Origin: Escherichia coli
Lineage (GTDB): Bacteria > Pseudomonadota > Gammaproteobacteria > Enterobacterales > Enterobacteriaceae
DNA length: 64,000 nt
Assembly (NCBI RefSeq): GCF_030013205.1
Contig: NZ_CP122648.1
Strand: one strand, 5' to 3'
In this document: positions 19,037 to 32,364 of the stretch, piece after piece
How the letters are laid out: each line of letters opens with the position of its first letter
Position numbering within the stretch: position 1 is the stretch's first letter
Translations under genes and position numbers: made by a program
The notes under the pieces: generated by a model
Told to the model about the DNA's origin: nothing
The model's input: the letters and a program-made list of their open reading frames with translations, nothing else
Databases searched by the model: none

Positions 19037-20320
19037 GTGAACACATTTTCAGTTTCCCGTCTGGCGCTGGCATTGGCTTTTGGCGTGACGCTGACCGCCT
19101 GTAGCTCAACACCGCCCGATCAACCTCCTTCTGATCAAACCGCGCCTGGTACCTCTTCTCGCCCGATTCTGTCGGCAAAAGAAGCGCAGAATTTCGATGC
19201 TCAACACTATTTTGCATCCCTGACACCAGGTGCGGCAGCGTGGAATCCTTCCCCGATTACCCTGCCTGCGCAACCTGACTTTGTTGTCGGCCCGGCGGGT
19301 ACTCAAGGTGTAACGCATACCACGATTCAGGCGGCGGTAGATGCGGCAATTATCAAGCGCACCAACAAGCGCCAGTATATTGCCGTGATGCCTGGTGAGT
19401 ATCAGGGAACGGTGTATGTCCCTGCCGCTCCGGGTGGAATTACTCTGTACGGTACAGGTGAAAAACCGATTGATGTGAAGATTGGGCTTTCCCTTGATGG
19501 TGGCATGAGCCCTGCCGACTGGCGTCACGACGTCAACCCGCGCGGCAAATATATGCCAGGTAAACCAGCGTGGTATATGTACGATAGCTGCCAGAGCAAA
19601 CGCAGCGACAGTATCGGCGTTCTCTGCTCTGCGGTCTTCTGGTCACAAAACAATGGCCTGCAACTGCAAAACCTGACCATCGAAAACACGCTGGGCGATA
19701 GCGTAGATGCGGGTAACCATCCGGCGGTGGCACTGCGTACTGATGGCGACAAAGTGCAGATCAATAACGTCAACATTCTCGGTCGTCAGAACACCTTCTT
19801 TGTTACCAACAGTGGTGTGCAAAACCGTCTGGAAACCAACCGTCAGCCGCGTACTCTGGTGACCAACAGTTACATTGAAGGGGATGTGGATATCGTTTCT
19901 GGTCGCGGCGCAGTGGTGTTCGATAATACCGAATTCCGCGTGGTGAACTCACGTACTCAGCAAGAAGCGTATGTGTTTGCACCGGCAACACTGTCTAACA
20001 TCTATTACGGTTTCCTCGCCGTAAACAGCCGTTTCAATGCTTCCGGTGATGGCGTGGCGCAACTGGGCCGCTCGCTGGATGTTGATGCTAATACCAACGG
20101 TCAGGTGGTGATCCGTGATAGCGCCATCAACGAAGGTTTTAACACGGCGAAACCGTGGGCCGATGCGGTGATTTCCAATCGTCCATTCGCAGGTAACACC
20201 GGCAGCGTTGACGATAGCGACGAAATACAGCGCAATCTGAATGACACTAACTACAACCGCATGTGGGAATACAATAACCGCGGCGTGGGTAGCAAAGTGG
20301 TTGCAGAGGCGAAGAAGTAA
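19037..20320 (+). CDS. ybhC: Outer-membrane lipoprotein, pectinesterase-like acyl-CoA thioesterase YbhC
   Basis: 427 aa, GTG start, lipoprotein signal LTACSS; K-12 synteny beside the lambda attachment site. Confidence 0.9.
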   Translation: MNTFSVSRLALALAFGVTLTACSSTPPDQPPSDQTAPGTSSRPILSAKEAQNFDAQHYFASLTPGAAAWNPSPITLPAQPDFVVGPAGTQGVTHTTIQAAVDAAIIKRTNKRQYIAVMPGEYQGTVYVPAAPGGITLYGTGEKPIDVKIGLSLDGGMSPADWRHDVNPRGKYMPGKPAWYMYDSCQSKRSDSIGVLCSAVFWSQNNGLQLQNLTIENTLGDSVDAGNHPAVALRTDGDKVQINNVNILGRQNTFFVTNSGVQNRLETNRQPRTLVTNSYIEGDVDIVSGRGAVVFDNTEFRVVNSRTQQEAYVFAPATLSNIYYGFLAVNSRFNASGDGVAQLGRSLDVDANTNGQVVIRDSAINEGFNTAKPWADAVISNRPFAGNTGSVDDSDEIQRNLNDTNYNRMWEYNNRGVGSKVVAEAKK

Positions 20321-20362
20321 AAAAGAAAACCCGATAGTCTGAACCATCGGGTTAATGAAACT

Positions 20363-20391
20363 GGGCGCTATATTTCATAGCGCCTTTTTTT
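20363..20391 (+). terminator. Intrinsic terminator after ybhC
   Basis: GGGCGCTAT-ATTTC-ATAGCGCC followed by TTTTTTT; probably bidirectional with convergent ybhJ. Confidence 0.6.
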
Positions 20392-22651
20392 ACATCTGAC
20401 GGTTTTTATTGAAGTTAATCAAACTACCCGCCTTGATAATCTCGCGCTCTTCGGCCGTCAGGCTTTCCATGTAAAGCGTAATTTCCGTTACCGGCGCATC
20501 TTCATGGATCACATAACCTTTAAACGTCGTACCCGGATTATCCAACGCTGCTTTAATGCCAGGGATGTAAATGTAATCCCCCACTTCAAACGTTGGTGCT
20601 TCCGCCATTTGCAGCGGTAACATCCCCCAGTTGATGACGTTAGAACGGTAGCGTTTAGTCGCGTATTCCTCGGCAATATTCGCCAGACCGCCAATCACAC
20701 GCTGGCAGCTCGCCGCCTGCTCACGCGCAGAACCATCGCCTGGTTTCACCGCATAGACCATGCTGCCAATTTCAGTTTGCAGCGGATCAATATGCTCCTG
20801 ACCAGCAATCTGCTTAATGCGCGCAAACACCTCTGTCAGCTCACTGACATTCCCCGCCAGACGCTGATTTTCCAGTTCAGCAGTCGCTTTACTTCTGCCA
20901 ACATAACCTGGATCGCGGCGTGACAGGGTAAACTCCGCCAGACCAATCGGATTTGAACGATAAGAAGAGGTTTCACCGGAAGGAATCAGTTCGTCGGTGG
21001 TGGTCACTTCGTCGAGGATCTTCGAGCACACTTTGAGGACGATATTGTCAGTCAGCGCACCCAATTCCGGCCAGTCTTTAATGTTCGGTCCGTAAATCAG
21101 CGGTTGCTGGGTCGCCCCTTTCACAAAGCCCTGATAAACACGGTTTTTATACGGCGTTACATCGAAGGCGTACTCCGGCACGTTGTCCCAGCAATCCAGC
21201 TCGCTGGCAGAGGTTAAATAGCCACCGTTTGCCGCAGTCGCAGCGATGGAACGAGCGTCCATCAACGCCACTGCTGACATCTGCCCATTGGCTGGCTTAG
21301 AGCCTTCGCGGTTCGGGAAGTTACGCGTGGTGTGGCGAATACTCAAACCGTTGTTGATTGGCGTATCGCCCGCGCCAAAGCATGGGCCGCAGAACGCGGT
21401 TCTGATGATTGCGCCTGCGCCAATCAAATCTGCTACCACGCCTTTTTTGGCTAAATCCATAAACACCGGCTGTGATGACGGGTAAACCGCCAGCGAGAAG
21501 GTGTCATTGCCACAGGATTGACCGCGCAGTGCATTCGCCGCCGCGATGACGTTTTCGTAGTTACCGCCAGAACAGCCCGCGATAATCCCCTGCTGCACTT
21601 TCAGGCGACCATTTTCCACTTTATCCAGCAGCGAGAGTTTGGCTTTACCGTGTGCCACGCGTTCGGACTCAATTTCAATCTCACGCAGAATGTCGGTCAG
21701 GTTCTGGCTCAGCGTGTCGATTTCATACACGTTGCTCGGGTGAAACGGCAGCGCAATCATTGGCTTGATGGCGCTTAAATCAACGCTGATGCAGCCATCG
21801 TAGTACGCCATCGGTTGAGGGTTAAGCTGGCAGTAATCCTGGCCGCGACCGTGCAGCGCCAGCCAGTTATGGACTTCTTCATCGGTTTGCCAGACAGAAC
21901 TTAAACAGGTCGTTTCAGTGGTCATAACGTCAACGCTGTTACGGAAATCGGTAGAGAGCGCAGCAACACCGGGACCTACGAATTCCATCACTTTGTTTTT
22001 GACGTAGCCGTTTTTGAACACGGCACCGATGATAGCCAGCTCCACATCCTGTGGCCCCACATACGGCGCAGGTTTTCCGGTCAAATGCACCGCAACCACG
22101 CCCGGATAGTCGATATCCCAGGTGTCATTAAGCAGCTGTTTTACCAACTCGCCGCCGCCCTCACCGACTGCCATTGTCCCTAATGCACCGTAACGGGTGT
22201 GGCTGTCTGACCCGAGGATCATTTTGCCGCCGCCTGCCATCATCTCACGCATATATTGATGGATGACCGCAATATGCGGAGGCACAAAAATACCGCCATA
22301 ACGCTGAGCCGCCGATAAACCAAAAACATGGTCATCACCGTTAATGGTGCCGCCGACGGCGCAAAGTGAGTTATGGCAGTTGGTCAGCACATACGGCAGC
22401 GGGAAACGTTCCATACCGGACGCTTTAGCGGTCTGTACAATACCAACAAAGGTAATATCGTGAGAGGCTAATGAATCAAACTTAATTTTAAGTTTATCCA
22501 TATTTCCGGACGTATTATGAGAAGAGAGAATAGACCAGGCAATAGTGCCTTTTTTTGCTTCTTCTTTTTTAATTTCGCCGGTGAAATGTTCTTCGGCAAT
22601 TATTTCGTTATTACTGGCGAGAAACACGCCTTTTTCAGATAACTTGATCAT
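20390..22651 (-). CDS. ybhJ: Aconitase-family hydratase YbhJ
   Basis: Aconitase-like 4Fe-4S cluster motifs ([15 protein letters not shown]); the K-12-length product (753 aa) starts at MIKLSEKG, 8 codons inside the track ORF. Confidence 0.9.
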   Translation of the reverse strand: MIKLSEKGVFLASNNEIIAEEHFTGEIKKEEAKKGTIAWSILSSHNTSGNMDKLKIKFDSLASHDITFVGIVQTAKASGMERFPLPYVLTNCHNSLCAVGGTINGDDHVFGLSAAQRYGGIFVPPHIAVIHQYMREMMAGGGKMILGSDSHTRYGALGTMAVGEGGGELVKQLLNDTWDIDYPGVVAVHLTGKPAPYVGPQDVELAIIGAVFKNGYVKNKVMEFVGPGVAALSTDFRNSVDVMTTETTCLSSVWQTDEEVHNWLALHGRGQDYCQLNPQPMAYYDGCISVDLSAIKPMIALPFHPSNVYEIDTLSQNLTDILREIEIESERVAHGKAKLSLLDKVENGRLKVQQGIIAGCSGGNYENVIAAANALRGQSCGNDTFSLAVYPSSQPVFMDLAKKGVVADLIGAGAIIRTAFCGPCFGAGDTPINNGLSIRHTTRNFPNREGSKPANGQMSAVALMDARSIAATAANGGYLTSASELDCWDNVPEYAFDVTPYKNRVYQGFVKGATQQPLIYGPNIKDWPELGALTDNIVLKVCSKILDEVTTTDELIPSGETSSYRSNPIGLAEFTLSRRDPGYVGRSKATAELENQRLAGNVSELTEVFARIKQIAGQEHIDPLQTEIGSMVYAVKPGDGSAREQAASCQRVIGGLANIAEEYATKRYRSNVINWGMLPLQMAEAPTFEVGDYIYIPGIKAALDNPGTTFKGYVIHEDAPVTEITLYMESLTAEEREIIKAGSLINFNKNRQM

Positions 22652-22833
22652 CAAATGCTCCAGATATCTGCGCACCGAGAAGTGCGCAGAAAGATAATAA
22701 ATGGATATACTCTAAATAATTAGAGTTGCAGGAAGGCGACTAGCGAGTGAATCCCCAGGCGCTTACATAAGTAAGTGACTGGGGTGAGCGAACGCAGACG
22801 CAGCACATGCAACTTGAAGTATGACGAGTATAT

Positions 22834-24267
22834 TTACAGCATGTTCCAGCCGATCAGCATATTCCACCACCACACGCCGAGGGTGATATGCACCAGGAAG
22901 GTTAATATCGTCAGTACCGCACCGACCAACCACCAGGATTTAATATCGTTATAACCCACGCCAAAGATGACCGGACCTGCCGCGCCGCCATAGTGAGTAA
23001 CCATGCCGCCATAGGAGTTGGAGAACAACAGTGCCAGCGCGGTTAACATTAACGGTGCGCCGGAGACGTTCGCCAGCATGGCAAATACCGGTAACATAGC
23101 AACGATATAGGCACTACCGGAAGCGAAGAAATAACGAACGATGATGCTGAGGAAAATAATAACGAAGAAAGCAACGTTACCGTGACCATCAAATGCCAGG
23201 TTATTTTTAAAGACTTCAGCTAACCATTCGAAGAATTTAACTTTCGATAATAAGGAGCTTAAGCCGATAATACCGCCGTACCAGATTAAGGTATTCCAGC
23301 CGCCTTTATTTTTAACCACGTCTTCCCAGGTAACGATACCCAGCAGCAGCATGGTCGCCATAACAACGATTGCCACGGTGGATTCATCAACCCCCAGGGA
23401 CTTACTGAAAATCCAGCCCAGCAGCGCCAACACAAAGACACCGAGCAGCATTTTTTCGCGGATTTTCATCGGTCCCAGTTCGGCAAGGCCCGCTTTGGCG
23501 ATGGTTTTATTATCCACCTTCTTAATTTCTGGCGGATACATGGTGTAAATCACCAGCGGGGTGACCAGCAGCATAATGATGCCCGGCAATCCGGCGGCCA
23601 GCGCCCATCCACCCCAGCTAATTTGCAGGTGCAGAATGTCGTTGATCATTTTCAGCGCCAGAATGTTCCCCGCCATTGCGGTAAAGAACATATAGCTGGT
23701 GGTTTTGGTGACCATGTAAATGGACATCATCAGGTAATGTCCAACACGACGCGGACTTTTTTCCGGTTCTGACCCCAAAGCCACCGCCACGCTGTTGATG
23801 ATCGGTAACACAATGCCGCCCGCACGCGCGGTGTTAGACGGTGTTGCCGGAGCCAGTACCAGATCGAGGAATACCGTAACGTAACCCAGACCCAGCGTGG
23901 TGTTACCGATTTTACCAATCAGCAGATAGGCAATACGTTTACCTAAGCCGGTGGTCACAAATGCGGCGCTTAAGGTAAACGCCGAGAACACCAGCCAGGT
24001 GGTACCTGAAGAGTAACCGCTTAATACGGCGGTGGTCTTAAACGCACCGTCGGATAAGTTACCGACCACCACCATTGAGGCAGCAACGGCAATTAACAGT
24101 ACGACAGGTTCCGGGAAAGGCTTGATAACCAGCCCCACAATGGCCGCCAGGTAAATACCAAAAAGCACCCACGCCAGTTCGCTTAATCCTGCCGGAGCTG
24201 GCATAAAGCCAATAATACATGGGATCGCTAATATCAGAATTAGCTTCCATAACGATTTTTTATTCAT
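22834..24267 (-). CDS. ybhI: DASS-family anion transporter YbhI
   Basis: 477-aa polytopic membrane protein; K-12 synteny. Confidence 0.9.
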   Translation of the reverse strand: MNKKSLWKLILILAIPCIIGFMPAPAGLSELAWVLFGIYLAAIVGLVIKPFPEPVVLLIAVAASMVVVGNLSDGAFKTTAVLSGYSSGTTWLVFSAFTLSAAFVTTGLGKRIAYLLIGKIGNTTLGLGYVTVFLDLVLAPATPSNTARAGGIVLPIINSVAVALGSEPEKSPRRVGHYLMMSIYMVTKTTSYMFFTAMAGNILALKMINDILHLQISWGGWALAAGLPGIIMLLVTPLVIYTMYPPEIKKVDNKTIAKAGLAELGPMKIREKMLLGVFVLALLGWIFSKSLGVDESTVAIVVMATMLLLGIVTWEDVVKNKGGWNTLIWYGGIIGLSSLLSKVKFFEWLAEVFKNNLAFDGHGNVAFFVIIFLSIIVRYFFASGSAYIVAMLPVFAMLANVSGAPLMLTALALLFSNSYGGMVTHYGGAAGPVIFGVGYNDIKSWWLVGAVLTILTFLVHITLGVWWWNMLIGWNML

Positions 24268-24342
24268 TTAAAATCCTGTTCTTTCTGTATGACTCATACA
24301 GAAGTCCTTTATTGATTGTCCTTATCCTGACAACGAATTTTT

Positions 24343-25395
24343 TCAGGGAAGAAAAACTTCACCGGAAAATATTTTTCTGGTTGTCCGAATAACAGATGCG
24401 CGTAACGTCGTGGCATCCTGACCTTCATTACTTAAATGAACGTCGAGCGCACCACTGGGGTGTTCAATATTGATATTGCCGTATCCTACAGAAGGGACGA
24501 TTTGTCGGGTGACGGTGCCTTCCAATGCACAACTACTGGAAATGGCAATAGCACCGGTTATCGCCAGCGCGCGATGGCAAGAATGCGGCATAAAATAACG
24601 CACATTAATTGCTCCGCCTTTCTGCGCTGGAGAAATAAGCACAGGTTTAGGGATAACCATATTACTGACATCGCCTAAGCCCATTGCTTTACCCGCTTGT
24701 AGACGGATAGATTCAATGCGGGCTAATAATGCTTTGTCGGCATCCAGCTCCGCCGGTAATTCATAGCCTGTTTTTCCCAGATATTCAGCAGGAATAATGA
24801 CAACTGGCATCGCCATATCGATACAAGTCACCGGGACATCGTCAAAATAATCAATCTGATTATCAGTCGGGAAGATTTTTCCGGTTTTGGTTCCGGCGGC
24901 ATTCAGGAAAGTGAGCGCAACCGGTGCGGCAGTACCCGGTACGCCGTCAATTCTGGCGCTACCCTCGTACTCGACAACACCATTTGGCGTTTGCACATCA
25001 GCTTCGATGAACGTACCCGTATTGACGTTGCGGATACGTACGCGGGTTACTGGCGAAGTCGCTGCAATCAAACCATTTTCAATGGCGAATGCCCCAACCC
25101 CAGACAACATATTGCCGCAGTTTGGTGTTGTATCGACACGCTGCTCATGGACAATAACCTGAGCAAACAGATAATCGACATCAGCACGCGGATCGTCGGA
25201 ATGGCTAATAATGGCGACTTTACTGGTCAGCGGATTACCGCCGCCAATACCGTCAATTTCCAGATCGTTACCGGAACCCATAATTGCCATCAATATTTTA
25301 TCGCGCTGCGTTTGATCTTCGGGTAGATGTTCCGCTAACAGGAACGCGCCCCTCGAGGTTCCACCTCGCATCATCACGCAGGGTATTTTTTTCAT
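24343..25395 (-). CDS. ybhH: PrpF-family isomerase YbhH
   Basis: 350 aa; K-12 synteny. Confidence 0.9.
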   Translation of the reverse strand: MKKIPCVMMRGGTSRGAFLLAEHLPEDQTQRDKILMAIMGSGNDLEIDGIGGGNPLTSKVAIISHSDDPRADVDYLFAQVIVHEQRVDTTPNCGNMLSGVGAFAIENGLIAATSPVTRVRIRNVNTGTFIEADVQTPNGVVEYEGSARIDGVPGTAAPVALTFLNAAGTKTGKIFPTDNQIDYFDDVPVTCIDMAMPVVIIPAEYLGKTGYELPAELDADKALLARIESIRLQAGKAMGLGDVSNMVIPKPVLISPAQKGGAINVRYFMPHSCHRALAITGAIAISSSCALEGTVTRQIVPSVGYGNINIEHPSGALDVHLSNEGQDATTLRASVIRTTRKIFSGEVFLP

Positions 25396-25578
25396 AATAA
25401 TGCCCTCAATTTAAAAACATAACTTATTGCGATATGGTTACATTAAGGGCAAAGCATCTCTAATGACTTTAGCTCAACGATTAATAACATTTTTTCATTA
25501 ATTTAAGTTGGCTAAATGCAGTTAAAATTTTTAACGGCCAGCCACCCAAAATCGACGCTTCCATTTTCCGGAGTAATA

Positions 25579-26532
25579 ATGAAGCATGAATTATCAAGTA
25601 TGAAGGCATTTGTCATACTGGCAGAGTCCAGTTCATTTAACAATGCCGCTAAATTACTCAATATTACGCAACCTGCATTAACGCGAAGAATAAAAAAGAT
25701 GGAGGAAGATTTACATATTCAACTATTTGAGCGTACAACTCGCAAGGTTACGTTAACAAAAGCAGGAAAAAGATTGCTCCCGGAGGCGCGGGAATTAATA
25801 AAGAAATTCGATGAAACGCTTTTTAATATTCGTGATATGAATGCTTATCATCGTGGTATGGTGACATTAGCGTGTATTCCGACCGCAGTATTTTATTTTT
25901 TACCGCTGGCAATCGGTAAATTTAATGAGCTTTATCCCAATATTAAAGTGCGGATTCTGGAACAAGGTACGAATAATTGCATGGAATCGGTGCTGTGTAA
26001 CGAATCAGACTTTGGCATAAACATGAACAACGTCACAAATTCATCCATCGATTTTACCCCACTGGTCAACGAGCCGTTCGTGCTGGCCTGTCGGCGTGAC
26101 CATCCATTGGCCAAAAAGCAGCTTGTAGAATGGCAGGAGTTAGTGGGTTACAAAATGATTGGCGTACGCTCCTCCAGCGGCAACCGACTGTTGATAGAAC
26201 AACAGCTGGCCGACAAGCCCTGGAAGCTGAACTGGTTTTACGAAGTGCGTCATCTTTCGACGTCATTAGGACTGGTGGAGGCGGGACTGGGGATTTCGGC
26301 GCTTCCTGGTCTGGCAATGCCCCATGCACCCTATTCTTCGATTATTGGTATCCCGCTGGTGGAACCGGTTATACGTCGGACATTGGGGATTATTCGCCGC
26401 AAAGATGCCGTGCTTTCTCCGGCAGCTGAACGCTTTTTTGCCTTGCTGATTAATTTGTGGACTGACGATAAAGACAATTTGTGGACCAATATCGTCGAAC
26501 GCCAGAGACATGCGTTACAGGAGATAGGTTAA
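25579..26532 (+). CDS. ybhD: LysR-family transcriptional regulator YbhD
   Basis: HTH motif NITQPALTRRIKKMEEDL; start chosen at MKHELSSM (317 aa), 21 codons inside the track ORF. Confidence 0.85.
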   Translation: MKHELSSMKAFVILAESSSFNNAAKLLNITQPALTRRIKKMEEDLHIQLFERTTRKVTLTKAGKRLLPEARELIKKFDETLFNIRDMNAYHRGMVTLACIPTAVFYFLPLAIGKFNELYPNIKVRILEQGTNNCMESVLCNESDFGINMNNVTNSSIDFTPLVNEPFVLACRRDHPLAKKQLVEWQELVGYKMIGVRSSSGNRLLIEQQLADKPWKLNWFYEVRHLSTSLGLVEAGLGISALPGLAMPHAPYSSIIGIPLVEPVIRRTLGIIRRKDAVLSPAAERFFALLINLWTDDKDNLWTNIVERQRHALQEIG

Positions 26533-26572
26533 TACACCGGCGCAGAAGAGACTGCGCCGGGTAAATCAGCGG

Positions 26573-27604
<1,032 letters not shown>

Positions 27605-27722
27605 CTAAAATTAGTCGCTTTTGGCGGTGAATGCTGAATTAAAACGCAGAATTTTGTCCGATAGTGGTATCGGTGTACCATTCGCGCAGAAGAAAATTCT
27701 TAACCTTAATCTGGAATACGCC

Positions 27723-28541
27723 ATGACCACACGCGTGATTGCTCTCGACTTAGACGGCACCTTATTGACCCCGAAAAAGACCTTGCTTCCATCATCGATA
27801 GAAGCCCTGGCCCGCGCTCGCGAAGCAGGCTATCAATTAATCATCGTCACAGGTCGCCATCACGTCGCTATTCATCCTTTTTATCAGGCGCTGGCGCTGG
27901 ATACACCTGCTATTTGCTGTAATGGCACCTATTTGTATGATTATCATGCAAAAACCGTGCTGGAAGCGGACCCAATGCCCGTTAATAAAGCCCTGCAACT
28001 CATTGAGATGCTGAATGAACACCACATTCACGGTCTGATGTATGTCGATGATGCAATGGTCTATGAGCACCCGACCGGGCATGTCATTCGCACGTCTAAC
28101 TGGGCGCAAACCCTGCCGCCGGAACAGCGTCCGACTTTCACACAAGTCGCTTCTCTGGCTGAAACGGCGCAACAAGTTAACGCCGTATGGAAGTTCGCCC
28201 TGACGCACGATGACCTGCCGCAATTGCAGCATTTTGGTAAGCATGTCGAACATGAACTGGGACTGGAGTGTGAATGGTCCTGGCACGATCAGGTTGATAT
28301 TGCACGCGGCGGCAACAGCAAAGGTAAACGTTTGACGAAATGGGTTGAGGCACAAGGTTGGTCGATGGAAAACGTCGTGGCATTCGGCGATAACTTTAAT
28401 GATATCAGTATGCTGGAAGCCGCTGGTACAGGCGTGGCGATGGGCAACGCCGATGACGCGGTAAAAGCGCGCGCCAACATTGTGATTGGTGATAACACCA
28501 CCGACAGCATTGCCCGGTTCATTTATAGCCACCTGATTTAA
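27723..28541 (+). CDS. ybhA: HAD-family pyridoxal phosphate phosphatase YbhA
   Basis: HAD motif I IALDLDGTLL; start at MTTRVIALD (272 aa), 34 codons inside the track ORF. Confidence 0.9.
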   Translation: MTTRVIALDLDGTLLTPKKTLLPSSIEALARAREAGYQLIIVTGRHHVAIHPFYQALALDTPAICCNGTYLYDYHAKTVLEADPMPVNKALQLIEMLNEHHIHGLMYVDDAMVYEHPTGHVIRTSNWAQTLPPEQRPTFTQVASLAETAQQVNAVWKFALTHDDLPQLQHFGKHVEHELGLECEWSWHDQVDIARGGNSKGKRLTKWVEAQGWSMENVVAFGDNFNDISMLEAAGTGVAMGNADDAVKARANIVIGDNTTDSIARFIYSHLI

Positions 28542-29600
28542 TCAGGCGGTTATCGACACACTTTTAATTTGCGCGTACAGCCACAGGCCTGGTTTGATCG
28601 CCAGTTCATCCCTGGCCCACGGGCTGATACGCGCCCACAGCGTTTTACCGCCGACTTCCAGCTCCACTTCCACCTGGCCGTTGTCGTCATAACTATTAAC
28701 AACTTTTGCCCGCAATACGTTACGAATGCTGGTTTGCTGCGGCGGTTGTAAAACCAGCGAGACATCGGAAGCCTGAATGCGGATGCGTAGCGCAGCTTGC
28801 AGCGGTTCGTCCAGCTTATTGACCCACAAATGCTGATCGCCCAGCGCCAGCGCGGTCATCGCGTAATGCGGATGATGCTCAAGCACCGTCACTTTCAGAA
28901 TGCTACTTTGTTGCTCTTTCGGCAGCCACGGATTCATCACGCTACTGCCCCACACTTCCTCCAGCGCGCCAAAGGCTTTCACCTGACCGTTTTCCAGTAC
29001 CATCACTCTGTCTGCCAGATGGAGGATCTCATCCAGCGAATGGCTGACATACAACATCGGAATGTTGATTTCCCGTGTCAGCCGTTGCAGATAAGGCAAC
29101 AGTTCGCGTTTACGCGGAATATCCAGTGACGCCAGCGGTTCATCCAGCAACAGCAATTCCGGTGCTGTCAGCAAAGCCCGACCAATCGCCACACGCTGTT
29201 TTTCGCCTCCGGACAGGCTGCCTGGTAAACGGTCAAGCAACGGTTCAATGCCTAAAAGCGCCACCAGCTTATCGAACTGATCGACCATACTTTTCGACAT
29301 GCCGTAGCGCAGATTGCCACGCACTTTGTAATGCGGGAACAGCCGTGCATCCTGAAAAACATAGCCAACGCGACGCTTTTCTGGCGTCAGGCAGATACCT
29401 TTTTCGGCATCATTTAGTACCCGCCCATTGAGGACAATCCGCCCTTTTTGCGGGCGCGTCAGTCCACTGATGGCGTTAATCAGCGAAGTTTTTCCGGCAC
29501 CGGAGACGCCAAAGATAGCAGTGATGCCATTGGCGGGCAGCGTTTCATTAATGGTCAGGCAATGGTTGCCCAACGTCTGGGAAAAATTCAGTTCCAGCAT
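28542..29600 (-). CDS. modC: Molybdate ABC transporter ATP-binding protein
   Basis: 352 aa with Walker [10 protein letters not shown] and ABC signature LSGGEKQR. Confidence 0.93.
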
Positions 29601-29602
29601 GA

Positions 29603-30292
29603 TTAGCGCCCCGCCCGTTCACGGCTGATTCTGGCCAGCCATTCTGAAATCAACAGGGAGATCATCGCCAGCGCAATAGAAATAATGCACAGTCTCGCCG
29701 CGCCACTTTCCCCGCCGGGGGTCTGGATCAGGGTATACATGGCAGAGGGAATAGTTCGCGTTTCGCCAAGAATGTTCGACACAAAGGTGATGGTTGCACC
29801 AAACTCACCGAGAGAACGAGCAAAAGCCAGTACCGTACCAACAATAATGCCCGGTAAGGTCAGCGGTAACGTGATAGTAAAGAAAACTCGCCAGCGCCCG
29901 GCCCCCAGTGTTCTTGCGGCCTGCTCCAGTTTGATATCAACACCTTCCAGCGCCAGACGAATCGCCCGCACCATCAGCGGAAAAGACATGACAGCGGCAG
30001 CGAGAACCGCACCGCGCCAGCTAAACGCGAAAGAAAGACCAAACCAGTCATACAGACGTTCACCGATAAATCCGCGCCGTCCCATCGAAACTAATAATAA
30101 GTAACCGACGACCACGGGCGGTAACACCAGCGGTAGATGCAGTACGCTGTCGAGCAGAGCTTTGCCCGGAAACGTGCAACGCACCAGTAACCAGGCAAAA
30201 AAGATCCCAAACGGCAGGCTAAACAGCACAGCCAGGGAAGAAACTTTCAGGCTTAATAAAACTGCCTGCCATTCTGGATCGGTCAGTATCAT
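29603..30292 (-). CDS. modB: Molybdate ABC transporter permease
   Basis: 229-aa membrane protein between modA and modC. Confidence 0.93.
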
Positions 30293-31065
30293 TACTTGGT
30301 TGTAAATCCGTAACGTTTAAAGATTTCCGCAGCCTGCGGCCCTTTCAAATAATCATAAAATGCTTTCACTGTCGCATTGTTATGCCCTTCCACAACAGCA
30401 ACCGGATATTCCACTTTTTTATGTGAATCTTCCGGGAAGGTGGCAACCACTTTTACCCCTTTGCTGGCAACTGCGTCAGAACCGTAAACAATGCCCAACG
30501 GCGCTTCATTGCGTTCGACCAACGCCAGCGCGCCACGAACATCTTCCGCCGGAGCCAGTTTCGGGGAGAGCGTATCCCATGCGCCCAGTTTTTGCAGTGC
30601 TTCTTTTGCATAAATGCCAGCGGGAACATGTTCCGGATCGCCAACCGCCAGGCGACCGCCATTCAGCAGTGAAGTCCAATTGGTTTTGCTGTCGATGGTG
30701 AAATCTTTCTGCTCGCTGGCTTTCGGTGCTACAACGACCAGGCTATTGCCGAGCAGTGTCTGACGTGTAGCTGTATCGATCGCTTTTTTATCAACCGCAT
30801 AATCCATCCATTTCTGATCGGCAGAAATAAACAGATCCGCAGGCGCACCCGCTTCAATCTGACGGGCCAAAGTAGATGACGAAGCGAAAGAAGAAACCAC
30901 ATCCACGCCTTTCTCTTTTTTATACTGCGTAGCAATGTCCTGCATTGCGTTAGTCAGTGATGCGGCGGCGAACACCGTGATTTTCCCTTCATCTGCCAGT
31001 GCATTGCCAGCAACAGCGAAAGAGAGTGCCGCCCCGGCAAACAAGTTCAACCATTTACGAGCCAT
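30292..31065 (-). CDS. modA: Molybdate-binding periplasmic protein
   Basis: 257 aa with signal peptide MARKWLNLFAGAALSFAVAGNALA. Confidence 0.93.
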   Translation of the reverse strand: MARKWLNLFAGAALSFAVAGNALADEGKITVFAAASLTNAMQDIATQYKKEKGVDVVSSFASSSTLARQIEAGAPADLFISADQKWMDYAVDKKAIDTATRQTLLGNSLVVVAPKASEQKDFTIDSKTNWTSLLNGGRLAVGDPEHVPAGIYAKEALQKLGAWDTLSPKLAPAEDVRGALALVERNEAPLGIVYGSDAVASKGVKVVATFPEDSHKKVEYPVAVVEGHNNATVKAFYDYLKGPQAAEIFKRYGFTTK

Positions 31066-31078
31066 TGGTAACCCCTTA

Positions 31079-31108
31079 ATGTAACGTTATGTAGGCGTCA
31101 ATATAACG
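31079..31108. promoter_or_regulatory. ModE operator at the modA promoter
   Basis: ATGTAACGTTATGTAGGCGTCAATATAACG contains the recalled CGTTATATTG...TACATAACGTTACAT operator (reverse complement) just upstream of modA. Confidence 0.6.
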
Positions 31109-31230
31109 GCTAACTCAGAATTTTCCCAGCAGTTATTGCTAACCTTTGTGAGGTAGATGAGAAAAAATATCGGCAGGAAAAGCAGGAAGTTGAGCAAAAG
31201 AAATGCCCGACTAAGCGGGCATTCAGGGAA

Positions 31231-31398
<168 letters not shown>

Positions 31399-31508
31399 TC
31401 ATGAGACTATTCTAACCGCTAAGCACAGAAAAGCACTCCCCTTTTGTGCGGTCAGCTTTGCGTGGCGTTCGTTTTCCGTCACAATAAGACTTTTGCCAGG
31501 ACATTGTT

Positions 31509-32297
31509 ATGCAGGCCGAAATCCTTCTCACCCTTAAGCTCCAACAAAAATTATTCGCCGACCCGCGCCGCATTTCGCTACTAAAACACATTGCGCTTTC
31601 CGGTTCCATTAGCCAGGGAGCGAAAGATGCCGGTATCAGCTATAAAAGCGCCTGGGATGCCATTAACGAGATGAATCAGTTAAGTGAGCATATTCTGGTC
31701 GAGCGCGCAACAGGCGGTAAAGGTGGCGGCGGCGCAGTACTGACCCGCTATGGTCAGCGACTGATTCAGCTCTATGACTTACTGGCGCAAATCCAGCAAA
31801 AAGCCTTTGATGTGTTAAGTGACGATGACGCCCTGCCGCTGAACAGCCTGCTGGCCGCGATCTCACGTTTTTCACTGCAAACCAGCGCCCGTAACCAGTG
31901 GTTCGGTACCATCACCGCCCGCGATCATGATGACGTTCAACAGCATGTTGATGTCTTACTGGCTGATGGAAAAACACGCCTGAAAGTCGCAATTACCGCA
32001 CAAAGCGGCGCGCGTCTGGGGCTGGATGAAGGCAAAGAAGTGTTGATATTGCTAAAAGCGCCGTGGGTAGGCATTACTCAGGACGAAGCTGTCGCACAAA
32101 ACGCCGACAACCAATTACCGGGTATTATTAGTCATATTGAGCGCGGCGCAGAGCAGTGCGAAGTATTAATGGCGCTACCCGACGGGCAAACACTGTGCGC
32201 CACAGTGCCGGTAAATGAAGCGACTTCTCTTCAGCAAGGACAGAATGTCACGGCCTACTTTAATGCCGACAGCGTGATTATCGCCACGCTGTGCTAA
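31509..32297 (+). CDS. modE: Molybdate-responsive transcriptional regulator
   Basis: 262 aa; K-12 synteny. Confidence 0.93.
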   Translation: MQAEILLTLKLQQKLFADPRRISLLKHIALSGSISQGAKDAGISYKSAWDAINEMNQLSEHILVERATGGKGGGGAVLTRYGQRLIQLYDLLAQIQQKAFDVLSDDDALPLNSLLAAISRFSLQTSARNQWFGTITARDHDDVQQHVDVLLADGKTRLKVAITAQSGARLGLDEGKEVLILLKAPWVGITQDEAVAQNADNQLPGIISHIERGAEQCEVLMALPDGQTLCATVPVNEATSLQQGQNVTAYFNADSVIIATLC

Positions 32298-32364
32298 GCG
32301 TGTTGACAATTTGTTATGAAACACGTATCCCTGTCAGTAATCGCTGCACAAAATGGGATATAAA

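Noticed and set aside
27837-28532. 231-aa minus-strand ORF
   Set aside because: Antisense to ybhA; shadow ORF.
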